NCBI GenBank assembly: GCA_964016885.1
Contig: OZ024751.1
Coordinates: 38,130,001-38,194,000, forward strand
Length of the DNA stretch: 64,000 bases
Direction of reading: 5' to 3'
Origin: Eledone cirrhosa
Lineage: Eukaryota
Below, piece by piece: positions 1 through 18,715 of the stretch (positions within the stretch are counted from its first letter, which is position 1; every line of letters starts with the position of its first letter). A program made the position numbers and the translations under genes. The notes under the pieces are model-generated. The model had not been told where the DNA came from and searched no databases. It saw only the letters and a list, made by a program, of their open reading frames with translations.

Positions 1-3
1 ATA

Positions 4-60
<57 letters not shown>

Positions 61-124
61 GGAATATGAGTGTGTGTCTGTATAACCGAATTGTGTTTGG
101 CTTCAGGTTTTCTGCCTTATATAT

Positions 125-179
<55 letters not shown>

Positions 180-192
180 AATATATATATAT

Positions 193-380
193 AACGAAGG
201 AAGAGTGGTAAGGAACCAGATGGACCAAAACGCACCAGAGTACTCAATACTCAGGGTAGTAGAGTAGGTAATAGGAAAATGTTTGATCCCGACGGCAGAG
301 GTCAACCCGTTTCGACGGCTATTTCGTGAAATAGCCGTCGAAACGGGTTGAGCTCTGCCGTCGGGGTCAAACACTTTCCT
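193..380. mobile_element. Family A (TA)n-embedded inverted-repeat element, putative Penelope-like pseudo-LTR fragment with half hammerhead
   Basis: Long antisense arm and short sense arm meet at gacggctatttc-gt-gaaatagccgtc; (TA)n on both sides; related copies recur across the window. Confidence 0.75.
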
Positions 381-494
381 ATATATATATATATATATCT
401 ATATATATATACGTTATTCCGGGTTGAATCGGAGGTAACCACAGTAAGTAAGGTACTCAATACATTGCAGAGTATAAAAGTTTTAATATAGATC

Positions 495-546
495 AGATTC
501 TACAGGACTAGAACTGTTTCATTCTTTAGAAATCATCAGGAATCTC
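495..546 (-). ncRNA. Type I hammerhead ribozyme motif (family B, minus arm)
   Basis: Reverse complement reads gagattc-CTGATGA-tttctaaagaat-GAAA-cag ttctagtc ctg-TA-gaatct. Confidence 0.8.
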
Positions 547-551
547 ATATA

Positions 552-604
552 GAGATTCCTGATGATTTCTAAAGAATGAAACAGTTCTAGTCCTGTAGAA
601 TCTC
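552..604 (+). ncRNA. Type I hammerhead ribozyme motif (family B)
   Basis: Stem I gagattc/gaatctc, CTGATGA 559-565, stem II ttct/agaa, GAAA 578-581, stem III acag/ctgt, predicted GUA cleavage after 597. Confidence 0.85.
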
Positions 605-617
605 ATCTATATTAAAA

Positions 618-1353
<736 letters not shown>

Positions 1354-1659
1354 TGGTGTGTTGGTGTGTGGTGTGTGGTGTGTGTGGTGTGTGTGTGTGT
1401 GTACACTTTGTCTTCATCGCGCACTGTTGTAGACTACGACGAGGCAAAGCATTTCTGTGTGAATTTTCAAGAATCATATATTGTGAGTTCTCAATACACA
1501 CTTGGTAGTGCTTTCTCAATTATTTCGTAAATTCTAAGTGAATGTATATATGCAAAAAATACAAGTTGGCCTTCATTTTACCGAGGCCGGTGAAGTGCCG
1601 GACTAGGTTCTACTCAGTGAACCAGTTTAGATATACACGAGGTGAACCTTTGAAATATG

Positions 1660-2230
1660 TGATGTGTATGTGTGTCAATATATGATATATGTGTGTGTAT
1701 ATCTATATACGATATATGTGTGTGCCTATATACGATATATTTGTGTGCCTATATATGATATATGTGTGTGTATGTGTATCTATATATGATATATGTGTGT
1801 GTATATGTATCTATATATGCTATATGTGTGTGTATATGTATCTATATATGCTATATGTGTGTGGTTATGTATGTAGAGTACCCTTTACCTTATCAACATA
1901 TTGTGATTTGTGTACGTTTGGTTTTCTGTGTTTGACATTTGGCTAACAGAGCGTATGCGCCCTTATATGTGTGTATGTGCGTGTATGTGTGTGTGTGTGT
2001 GTGTGTGCATGTGTGTGCATGTGTGTGCTTGTGTGTGTGTGTGTATGTGTATGTGTGTGTGTGTTTGTGTGTATGTGTATGTGTGTTTGTGTGTGTGTGT
2101 ATGTGTGTGCAGGTGTGTGCTTGTGTGTGTGTGTGTGTATGTGTATGTGTGTGTATGCGTATGTGTGTATATGTGTATGTGTGTATGTGTATGTGTGCGT
2201 GTGTATATGTGTGTGTGTGTGTGTTTGTGT
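1660..2230. repeat. Degenerate (TG)n/(TA)n microsatellite region
   Basis: Directly visible dinucleotide repeats with a short unique interruption. Confidence 0.9.
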
Positions 2231-2915
2231 ACGTATTTAAGAAATTAGGCTTACATGTAGAAACGAGTATAATTATAATTATTATTTTGAAAGATTATTC
2301 TATTTAAAAACAAATCATATTGTGTTGTGGAAAGGGCAAGGACGTTGGTGGAAGAGATTAGAATTTTTAAGTCAACGAGTGAAAACCGATATATTCTTAT
2401 GAAATTTGCCTGCAGGATATTTTGTCTGTAGTGATTAGAGATATATTTTTAGAGATTGGAGAGAGAATTTAAGAGAAAGAGAGAGAGAATGAGAGAACGA
2501 GAGAGAAAGAGAATGAGTGAAAGAGATTCGGCCCATAATTTAAAAATATAGAGAAATAAATACACCCCTCCTTTCAAAGCAATCATACGGACAGATGACA
2601 AAGAAGTAAGTTGGCTGTTGAGGAAAACGAGGAAGATTCTAGACAACTGTGGGAAGTAGACCATTCCGACTGAAAACGGCTAGAATCTTTTGCCGGTGGC
2701 AACAGATTTTGCTGACATCCAAATATCATGTAACGGTGATTTGTTTCGTAAAACTTCAACGATTAAGAATAATCCTTCAGACTGAGATTAAGTGAAGTGC
2801 TTGTGCTCTTATTTTTAAGATGCCGTGGTTTCGACAGTGATATAATCGTCATGGTTGTTCCTATTAGCTGTTTCTGTATGTATGAGAATAACTTTTTATG
2901 AAAGTATGTATGCAA

Positions 2916-3016
<101 letters not shown>

Positions 3017-3395
3017 TGTGTGTTTGTGTGTGTTTGTGTGTTTGTGTATTGATCAGATGTTTCTGTATGCATATGTGAGTGCAGCTATGTGGGTGTATTT
3101 AATTTTTCTGTGCGATGGAGAGAATCATTCCAATTTAAATTACATTTTCTACTGATAATCAAGAATATTGTTCTAGAATTACTATTATTATTATGTATTG
3201 TAACTATTCCTATTGTTGGTGGTATTATAATTGATATCGATTTGTGTTAATATTATTATGATTATTATTATTATCATTGCTTTTAATAATTTTTTTCCTC
3301 ATGAATGTTATATATTATCTTTTCCATTACAAGTAGGAGACATAATGAAAGCAAAATTATGCTTTTCTAAATTGGTTCCTTTACCGGTTTCGCAG

Positions 3396-3434
<39 letters not shown>

Positions 3435-3452
3435 TTATTTATTTATTAACAT

Positions 3453-3509
3453 AACAGATTAAAGTTTAAGCAAAGAATCGCTGCTTACACCCTTAACGGG
3501 ATCTTCTGA

Positions 3510-3512
<3 letters not shown>
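3453..3512 (-). mobile_element. Family E fragment with decayed hammerhead-like motif
   Basis: Matches 18879-18938 and 49091-49151; the GAAA box reads GTAA here. Confidence 0.65.
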
Positions 3513-3571
<59 letters not shown>

Positions 3572-4329
3572 ATATAAATATTAATTTTTTTTCTCTCTCT
3601 ATCTCGTCTAGGACTTCACAGAACTTATGTTTACCGAATTCGCAGACCAGACCCCTTCTTCCTCCCGTTAGACCTGTGCGAAATTCCTTCCTTGCTCACA
3701 TTTCAACCAGGTTTGATGGTCTTTATTCTCTCGTTCACGATTTCACCGGATTTATATTCAAAGAAATCTGGGATTTGTCTCTTTCTTCATCACTTTCTGT
3801 TGCTTAAACCATTTTGTTTGTTTACCCTAGCGTCCCCTTTATTTACGTGTCCCAACGACTTTTTTTTAGCCGTTGCTCGCACCAACCTGAGGTATATGGT
3901 CTTTAAAGCGATGAAATGCCCGGACGGTTGGAAGACCATTGATGAGGGACAAACTTTTTCATATGTAACCCATTTGCAACGCCGCAGCTCCATTATTATC
4001 ATAAATATATATATATATATGTGTGTGTATGTGTATGGATGTATATATGTATGTGTACACATATATATATGCACACATGTATATATATATGTGTCTGTAT
4101 ATGGGTATATGTATGTGTATATATGTATTCCCACAGATGTTAGATCAACTACTTGATGTACCTTTTGTTCAAAATTGTACTATAGAATAAGATAGTGTTT
4201 ACTTAAATTGCAACTTGCCACTAAACTTCTTTCTCTAAATAAAGTTTGTTTTTTCTAAGAATCCCCATCCTTTAATCCCATCATGGCCTCTACCCCCCCC
4301 TCCTACCCCAACCACTACCCTTTCCTTAC

Positions 4330-4508
4330 CATGACAAAATGTATAAATACCAGAAATTTACATTGGCAGGCGGCTTACTGCTGATTTCCTCCGAATGAAA
4401 CATTTCTAGTTCTGTAGAAGCCATTTCTCTATTAAATTACTTTTTACTCTGCAATGTATTGAGTACCTTACTTACTGTGGTTATCCCCGATTTAACCCGG
4501 GATCTACA
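4330..4508 (+). mobile_element. Diverged family B copy with TATA-like box and decayed hammerhead
   Basis: tataaata 4342-4349, then ggctta-CTGCTGA-tttcctccgaat-GAAA-catttctagttctg-TA-gaagcc (4372-4422); the tail is the reverse complement of 412-480; ends in (TA)n. Confidence 0.7.
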
Positions 4509-4533
4509 TATATATATATATATATATATACAC

Positions 4534-4922
4534 AATAATATGATATTAAATAAATGGAAACAATATTTATAAACCCATATTTATTATATTATATATATTT
4601 CAAGGGTACCAACATTTTGGTATGCTCTCATCAGATAAAATACAAAGTTTGTTTTATAAATATTGACATAACCAGAAAAAATACCTTAATGGTTCAAGTT
4701 ATTCCTGGATATTTATGAATCAAACTTTGTATGTTATCTGTTTTTGTACCAAAGTTTTGGTACCCTTGAAATATATATAATAGAATAAATATGGTTTTAT
4801 AAATATAGTTTCCATTTATTTAATATCATTGAATATTATACGCCAGAAAACTGTCGAGTGCTTTGAATCAGTTATAAACATTTATATTTGTTGAATTACC
4901 AACAAATTGAATATCCCTTTTG

Positions 4923-4925
<3 letters not shown>
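4534..4925. mobile_element. Family D inverted-repeat element
   Basis: Diverged arms ~4540-4665 and ~4708-4830 plus a 3' tail; (TA)n on both sides. Confidence 0.7.
4582..4642 (-). ncRNA. Type I hammerhead ribozyme motif (family D)
   Basis: Reverse complement tattttat-CTGATGA-gagcataccaaaatgttggtaccctt-GAAA-tatata-TA-atataata; palindromic stem III; tataaaa ~20 nt upstream on the same strand. Confidence 0.75.
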
Positions 4926-4972
<47 letters not shown>

Positions 4973-4974
<2 letters not shown>

Positions 4975-5306
4975 GTAGGAGGTGAGTTTTATTGTAGTAC
5001 AATAAAGCAATGCAGATATCGGATAAGAAGCACTCTACAGTTTGTAGGACTGGAGTATACATAATATATAAGATCAAAAGATGTTTAAAGGAGTTCCATG
5101 TATTTTATTATGCGCACTTCAAAAACAAACATCATCATGCAATAATATTTGTGTTTTCATCAGATAAAACAGGAGAACATGATATGAAGGCTCATATCAT
5201 GTCCTCCTGTTTTATCTGATGAAAACACAAATATTATTGCATGATGATGTTTGTTTTTGAAATGCGCATAATAAAATACATGGAACTCCTTTAACCATCT
5301 TTTGAT

Positions 5307-5310
<4 letters not shown>
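4973..5310. mobile_element. Family C inverted-repeat element
   Basis: Long antisense arm 4973-~5187 and short sense arm ~5193-5310; (TA)n flanks. Confidence 0.75.
5210..5276 (+). ncRNA. Type I hammerhead ribozyme motif (family C)
   Basis: ttttat-CTGATGA(5216-5222)-long stem II-GAAA(5259-5262)-tgcgca-TA-ataaaa; predicted AUA cleavage after 5270. The mirror copy at ~5103-5169 has GAAA>GAAG. Confidence 0.85.
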
Positions 5311-5361
<51 letters not shown>

Positions 5362-5364
<3 letters not shown>

Positions 5365-5430
5365 AACGAGTAGGAACCCGAGTACTTTGGTGCGTTATGG
5401 TCCACCTGGTTCCTTACCACATTTCCTTCG

Positions 5431-5432
<2 letters not shown>
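5362..5432. mobile_element. Family A minimal two-arm fragment
   Basis: ~19-nt antisense arm fused to the sense 3' terminus; (TA)n flanks. Confidence 0.7.
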
Positions 5433-5485
<53 letters not shown>

Positions 5486-5822
5486 TATATATTTATATAT
5501 ATATATACACACATATTTACACTATATATTGAGTGAATACTTGTAAATCTTCTGTTAGAGCCAGCTTGTTTAATAGACATTTCGTTTTATTATCTTACAA
5601 GAGAAAATTACTATCTTCTCTTTGATTGGTTTCAATAATTAGATTGCAATTATGCCAGTGCATTGTCGTCGGTTACTCGATCATATTGAACTCAGTGATT
5701 GTTTTATTGTTTCAAGTCTACAACCTATTTCATCGATTTCTTTATTGACGAAGCGCTAAGTTGTCGGTCACACCATGGACTGAGTACTCTACCACTACGG
5801 ATATTACCTTCCAGTGTTCTAC

Positions 5823-10773
<4,951 letters not shown>

Positions 10774-10774
10774 T

Positions 10775-10856
10775 GCGCACCAGAGTACTCAATACTTAGG
10801 GTAGTAGAGTGGGTAATAGGAAAATGTTCAAGACCCCGACGGCAGAGCTCAAGCTA
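10775..10856 (-). mobile_element. Family A fragment at the right edge of the TA array
   Basis: gcaccagagtactcaatacttagggtagtagagtgggtaatagg...ccccgacggcagagctcaagc matches family A. Confidence 0.7.
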
Positions 10857-10866
10857 TTTAATAAAT

Positions 10867-11421
10867 ATATTTTTTAAAGTTTATTATAAAGAAGCAGTTT
10901 CAGGAAAAAAATAGAAATATGCACTTGGGGCTGAACGGCGTGCAATGAGAAGTGGAGCGACGTGAAAAACGTTGTTTATTAACAGCGAAATAGCAATGTC
11001 GATGATATGCAAGTTTGAAAATGCAGATTAATAAACTGTTGCCTTCTACAGTACGTTTCATTTTCTCAGTACCGTATTATGAAATCGATTCTGCAGTACG
11101 GTCACTCTTTTCCATCAAAAGAAATAAAACCCTTAAATTGCGAAGGAGGGACGCGTGTTTTTATTTTAATTCTAATACATGTTAACCACCACTAACAGTA
11201 AGTAGTATTTTTCAAATTGCATATCATCGACATTGCTATTTCGTTGTTAATAAACAACGCTTTTCACGTCGCCCCACTTCTCATTTTACGCCGTCCAGCC
11301 CCAAGTACATATTTCTAATTTTTTTCCTGAAACTATTTCTTTATAATAAACATTCAATAATATTTTTCAAATTTTTAACTTAATAAAACGTGTCCCCAGG
11401 TGCAACCGGGCTCAGCTGCTA

Positions 11422-11422
<1 letters not shown>
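10867..11422 (+). mobile_element. Non-autonomous Helitron-like element with large internal inverted repeat
   Basis: ~155-bp diverged inverted arms (~10867-11024 and ~11205-11366); 3' GC hairpin cccaggtgcaaccggg 8 nt before CTAG (11419-11422) followed by T. 5' end not identified. Confidence 0.55.
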
Positions 11423-11472
<50 letters not shown>

Positions 11473-11891
11473 TAAAAGGGGTTACATGAGCAATATTCAT
11501 TATATCCTCGGTTGCTATCCTTACACACTCAATGAAACTAGATTTGAACGTATAACCGTGCAAACTGAACCCAGAGTGCTTACAATACGTTATTTGTAAT
11601 AGGAGTGGTTTCAAGTAGTTGGCATAGTCTTCACGTCAATATTCGCAAGTTCTTATGTTCAAATAAATCATTGACTTTATTTTCTCATTTTTTCCTTCTC
11701 TTTACGTTGCCTCACCATTCATGTTTGTTTACCTGTCTCTCTTTCTCCACCCAATTCTTTTTATCTCAATAACTTATTTTAGGTATCTGGTCTTCAATGA
11801 GGTATCTGGTCTTCAATGCGAAGAAATGCCTATGTTGGCTATAGATCACTGATGATGGATAGGACTATTTCTGATTCTTCATTTAAATTTC

Positions 11892-11962
<71 letters not shown>

Positions 11963-13169
11963 AGAGAGAGAAAGAGTGAGAGATATGGATTTCTGTAATT
12001 TCCGTAGACCAAATTTACCTCCCATGTTATTGCACAACCCGTGTTTTTACTATATAATAGTTGCAAAATATCCCACATACTGAAATGAAGCCAGAAACAC
12101 TTGATTGTGATACGATCTTCCTAACCACACATTAATACATGCATCTACGTATAATATTATATACATCTCTTCACGTTGTTTATTTCAACTAATGTTAACC
12201 TTTAATGAGATGATGGATTATTACAGGCGTCGTCGTCTTATATACAAACGTACATAGGTTATTTAAGATTATGATAGGGTTTCAATCTTAGAACCTTTTT
12301 TTTTTGCTATTACTAGTATATTTTATCATCACATGAAAGAAAACCCTCATAAAAAAATCATTGATGTGTTTGTTTGTATAATGTTGAATCTGCATGTCTG
12401 ACTCTGTGTGTGTTTGTGCTTCTGTGCGCATGAGGAAAGGACCGTTTATTGTTTTAGGATATACGTTGTTGATGTGTAACAAGAAACAGCTGAAAATCAT
12501 CCACGTGTCTGTGAAATGGCTGGCGAGACAATTACGAGTATCTATTCACCAATCGAAAGAAGAAAAAAAAAATCCTTTTGTTAAAATTTCACAGTTAAAT
12601 ATTTTTTATTATTGGTTTATTTTAAAGGTGTGGCTTGTAATTATCTCTTCAACATTATCTTTGAAACATGTTTAAAAAAACGTCAACAACTTCCGCTAGC
12701 ATTTGAATTTAGTCGACCAAAATCTATAACTACATTTGGTTAAACTTGTAATTATTTCTTGCTCTGATCTGTTTGAACGCCTACAGCCTCAGCAGTTGTT
12801 TTTAGTTGTAAATTATGCAGTTACTAGTAGTAAATATTTTATAGTTTCAGTTAACCTATAATAATTATAGTATTAATTACTTGCTAAATCGGCAACAATA
12901 TGTTTGTTGATCACTCATTTATGTTACTTTGAATCAATCTGAACAACAACAAGAGAAAATTATGTGAGGAAAACATCAATTTTAATTCTTTTAAACGTTA
13001 ATTCTTTTTACTGGTTTCTGTCATTAGACTACAGACACGGTGAAACATCAATCATATTGATCCCAATATATAATTGCATAAAATGTGATACTTATTTTAT
13101 CGATCTCTATTTGTCGAAGGATTAATATATTGAATTGAAAGAAACACACACAAACGTAAACATAAACTC

Positions 13170-13336
13170 GGTAGTAGTAGTGGTGGTAGTAGTAGTAATG
13201 GTGGTATTGGTTATGGTAGTAGTAGTAGTAGTAGCAATAGTATCAGTGATTGTATTGGTTATGGTGGTGGTGGTTTTAGTATTAATGGGGGTATTGGTTG
13301 TGGTGGTGATAGTAGTAGTAATAGTAGTAGTAGTAA

Positions 13337-13371
<35 letters not shown>

Positions 13372-13470
13372 CTACTAGTAGTAGTAGTAGTGTTATTGGT
13401 TATGGTGGAAGTAGCAGTTGTAGTAACAGCAACACCAGAAGCAATGGCAGTGGCAGTGGAGGTAGTGAAA
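13170..13470. repeat. Degenerate (GTA/GTG)n trinucleotide repeat
   Basis: Directly visible; gives a poly-Val pseudo-ORF. Confidence 0.9.
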
Positions 13471-14022
13471 TTATTTCTGTATTGTTGGCATAGTTTACAT
13501 ATTTGTGAATTTGAGCAATTTCCTAATTAATTACACATACAATAACCTTGACTGCTTTTATTTTTCTCCAAAATGTGTTTCTTCTTCGTTTGCCATTGCC
13601 AAATGTTGAAACGAAACCAGACCCTCTTACTATTATTTCCAGCTGCCAATATTCGTACGGCCTTCGCTTTGCTCTAATGATTAGTTTTGCAAGAATTTCG
13701 CAGCAGCAAATATATACTTGAAAAGTTTTATCTCAACTCAAGTTTGGCATCGTCTGTGTATTCATTAGAGTTAGCGTTCGCGAAAAGATAAAAGTAACAA
13801 GAAGGTTTTCCCAAGCGAAAAAGCTCGCTTTATCAAGCGGAAACAATTAATGATCCCGCTAATTAGCTCCATAGAAACGACTTGATTAAACCTAGCGCAG
13901 ACTACAAACAAAAATTGACGAGAGCTTATAAAGTAGGGAAAATTAAAAGCTTTAGAATATATATTGTATTTCTTACAGAAATCAATAGTGAAGCTTCTTT
14001 ACCATTGTATCGTATGAAAAGA

Positions 14023-14087
<65 letters not shown>

Positions 14088-14954
14088 TTATTACTACTAG
14101 TATTAGTAGTAGTATGTAGGTTTGCAGAACCGTTAGAGCATCTTACGAAGTACTTCTAGGTTTTTGTTTCGGTGCTTCTGAGTTAAAAGACCATCGGGGA
14201 ACCCCATTTCGACTGCTTTTATTTTCGTGATCGTATTTTTTCAGTTATTATTCAAGATCCCAGACCATAGGTAAGGGTTCGCACGAATACCGAATTGATT
14301 ATAGCGAGTTTGGCTTTTATGCCTATCTCCCTTCTTCTGATTACTGACTGCTAAAGCTGGCGCATTACTGCAGAGACCCCTGCAGTTCTTGCTCTCACGT
14401 CAGCCTCCTGCATGTGGAACTCTACATGTAGAGTCCACTGTGCAGGCCTCACTAGGAAGACGAATCGCAGCAAATACAGTGAAGCAGCCCGAGGTTAAGG
14501 CATGGGATGACTTTGGGATAAGCTGGAATCGGACTTCAGATCAGCAAATAAAGTGTTATAGTACACCATCCACCGACTTCATAATAAGAAACCCTCCTCC
14601 ACAATTGCCAAATAAAAATCTTCAAAGTAAGTACAGAAAGAAAAGGAGAGGCGTCTGACTTTATGTCAGGATAAAACAACAACAATACAAAACAATGCAC
14701 CAGATTTCGTTGAATTTGTGAATGTTGGGAATGATTGTCATTTGTAATCCCGATACACGTCGGCAGTACGTAGATGGCACTTAGCAGGGGAAACTTCTCA
14801 GTTGTCCGATGATCACAGACATAGAAATGAAGCGAACGAGAGAACAAGATAAATGATAGAAAAATAGAGGGAGAAGAGAAAGAAGAATAGTAGGAATGAT
14901 TAGATGTGAGAGGGAAAGCGCGGAAGGAAATAGCAAAATAGAGGTGGTAACATG

Positions 14955-14996
<42 letters not shown>

Positions 14997-15013
14997 TGTG
15001 AGGGAGGAGATAG

Positions 15014-15068
<55 letters not shown>

Positions 15069-15368
15069 TGGGAGAAAGAATTATAAAATGAAATTAATCA
15101 AAATGGTCAGTTTGGTATCCGGTTTGTCTTTATCTTTCTATTTCTAAATGTGTGTATATACCAACACATTTTCATAATACTAACCTCTTCTCTCTCTATC
15201 TTTCACACACACACACACACACATATATACATATATATATATATATATGGATATATACACACACATTATAAATATATATATATAATCACGGGTGCCACCC
15301 TCTCACTTTGTTGGATGGTGTTGATTAAAATCATGAAATAAATAAGAATGAAACCAAAAGTATGTATG

Positions 15369-15411
<43 letters not shown>

Positions 15412-15548
15412 TAAACTGAATTACGTATCCGGATGATATAAACGTTGAGAAAGATTTACCACCGGAAAAGCGCAGTATGGACAACGGTGGTGACATTTTT
15501 ATGACGTTACTACGATATCTGTGTGTACGTGTGTATAAGTATCTCTCT

Positions 15549-15699
<151 letters not shown>

Positions 15700-17290
15700 G
15701 TGTTTGTACATGTGCTTGTATATACGTATGTTTGAATGTTTGAGGTGGGGTATATGATTTTATCGGACAGAAGGGTCATTTCGGTACAGTGAAATGGAGT
15801 ATGTTTGCAAGTAATTGCTGTAATATATTTTAACTAAGATTTATTTTTTCGTTGACTCGCAGTCTCGACTATGGAATTGGTTCCTCTTGTAGACTTCTGT
15901 AATGATAGAAATGGAAAGAACTAACATAATTAACTGCTACAGGAATAGCCAGACAAGTGTTACTTGAAGAACTTATGTTTGATGAGCAGAAGAAACTACC
16001 CCAACTAAGAATTCAGTTTCGTACGTTCGTAAGCAAAATACGATTATCTTTGACGAATGAATTTTGAGTTAATTTTTATCGAAAGTGAACGTAAAACAAA
16101 ATATTTTCTGCAATTATAAGAGTTATCTACACACAGACAAATGAAATTAGTGTTGTCTTCTTATTAATTCACTATCTATAAAAACAAATACATTCCCACT
16201 CATACTGAAATCTGAAATATTTTCAATGGATTTAAGTTTAGAACTATTCGTTATAAATAGAGACTAATGGTATACATTCAGGTTCATAAAAGGCATTCAA
16301 TGTCTCCCTAAAGAAATATGAAGGTTATCTTCGGTGATGACTTGTATTTTGTGAAGGTTGGGGCAGTCACATATGCATACCAGTCCGATGGCTTCCAAAG
16401 GAATGTCATATGTCGTTACAACTCAATATATCTTTAGTTGAGTGAACTAGTGACGTGAAATAAAGTGTTGTTCCTAAAGAAACATTAGTCTGCTCAGACT
16501 GGAGTAGAACTCATGGTATTACGACTGTGAACCCAATATGATGACCACTATGATGTGTATCCTAACAACTTCTACCTGATTCGAATATTTTCTTCATGGA
16601 TGTATAAATATATAAATACAACAAATAGCTTATTGTCAAATCCCTAACAATTAGCTGATAAACTATCAGGTTTAAAGAAAGGTGAAATAGGTACGACAGG
16701 TATATCATATGACTATGCTAACTTGGGTGTTCAGAAATAATCATTTAGATCAAAGGATAGTTAAAGCTTATCAATGTTAGGATAGGGGTCGTTAAGTGTT
16801 GTGACATACGGGGTTATCTCAGGGACATTTACAAAGTAGGTGCCGAGAAGACTATTTCAGAAAATGAATGAAACAAAGGTTAAATAGTTAAAGGATAACC
16901 GGAGTTATCACTGTTATAAATGTACAGAGACTAATGGCTATATTACGACACTTTGTCATTGATATCGTTAGTGAATACACACTAACACACATACCCCCCC
17001 CCATCTCTATCAATTTAATTACTTTCTTTTTTCTTCTTCCTTCTTCTTCCCCCAAGATATGTTACTTCTCCCCTTCGCCCTTCCTCTTCTAACGTCTTTA
17101 TTCCTGAAAACGGTCGTGTTTCCGAAACCACAAGCGGAAATCCTAGGAACTGACCGCCGGGATTATACATACCTCGATCTCTCCAAGCATTGAGTACTCC
17201 CATGATTTGTGCTCTCATTTTGGTCTTAACAACACAGACACACTCTAACACTTTTTCGCTCTCTCAGTAAACTGAAATTATAGAAGGACG

Positions 17291-17381
<91 letters not shown>

Positions 17382-17571
17382 GAAACTCTGCTTCGAAAGA
17401 TCGAGACGTATCTGAGGATCTTGCGATTTCAGAGTCAGGTTCGATCATCGCATCGATCGATCGTTCCTCGAGCTGGTCGCCAGAGAATCGATTGTAATAT
17501 ATCTAATAAATTGTATTCGTCACACCACTGATTCTCCGTTTCTTATATGATATATATATATATATAAATAT

Positions 17572-17662
<91 letters not shown>

Positions 17663-18112
17663 GAGAGTAAATGAATTACAGTCTGCGGAGATTCTGACAA
17701 CACAAATCTTTTGGCTTTCCTTTGTTTCGTTTTTTATTTCTTTGTTATTTTTCGGTAGCTTCTGAAGCATTTGGGAAAATATAGTTAAACGTATTGGAAA
17801 GCCAAGTAAGAAATATTGGGCGAAAATGTTATACGAAATCATGACTTGCGTGTTGACAGGTTGATAACTTACCCACTTGAGCTCAACGAGCTTCTATCAA
17901 TTTCTAAAAAGTCCTGAAAATACCTCATCATTAGTTTTCCCCCGATGACCTATACGATGACTAAGGGACACACCGTTCACAGATGATTTCTAAATATGAT
18001 TTGTCAGCTGTAATCAGATAACTTTGAGGTCAATCATGCCATGTGTAAGTATCTATATATTTATATATACATATATACACGTGGTTGCATACACATAGAT
18101 ACACACACACAC

Positions 18113-18143
<31 letters not shown>

Positions 18144-18715
18144 CATATGTAAGCTTATATACATATGTACACACACAAACACATATATACATATGAATAT
18201 ATATATATATATATATATATATGGATATATACACATATATACACATATATATGTGTATATATATAGACATATATATGTATGTATATATAGACATATATAT
18301 GTATGTATACATAAAGACATATTTGTATGTATATATTTACCAACACTAACACCAACCAGCTAGCTATAAGCTCTTAATGAGCAGAGCATTATTTTTGTGA
18401 ATTCTAATGCAATTTATTTGATAAGTGACCAAGTGTAATGACAGAAACGATACATAACTAGATTATACGTGGAGAAATTTCTCCAAGTAATAAATCATAG
18501 CTAATAAGCTGAATTGTCCCAATTATCACAACAATAATTCACGATCATCTTCATAGCAGCAGTCCATTCTTCTCAGATTTTGATTTTCTTCCCTGTTTTT
18601 CTTTCCCATTATCATACCGTTAAGAGATGTGTTGAAACACACAGAGACGGTGAGAAAGTCTCAATTCTCACTAGAATCTTTATATATATATATATATATA
18701 TATAATCGGGATTAC

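Larger units (their letters stand above)
412..619. mobile_element. Family B inverted-repeat element (putative Penelope-like pseudo-LTR), one hammerhead per arm
   Basis: Arms ~477-546 and 552-619 are reverse complements centred ~548; (TA)n flanks; homologous to 4330-4508. Confidence 0.75.

Noticed and set aside
3600-3990. Possible degenerate LINE 3' coding fragment on the minus strand
   Set aside because: Only vague resemblance with multiple stops and no diagnostic motif; needs BLASTX.
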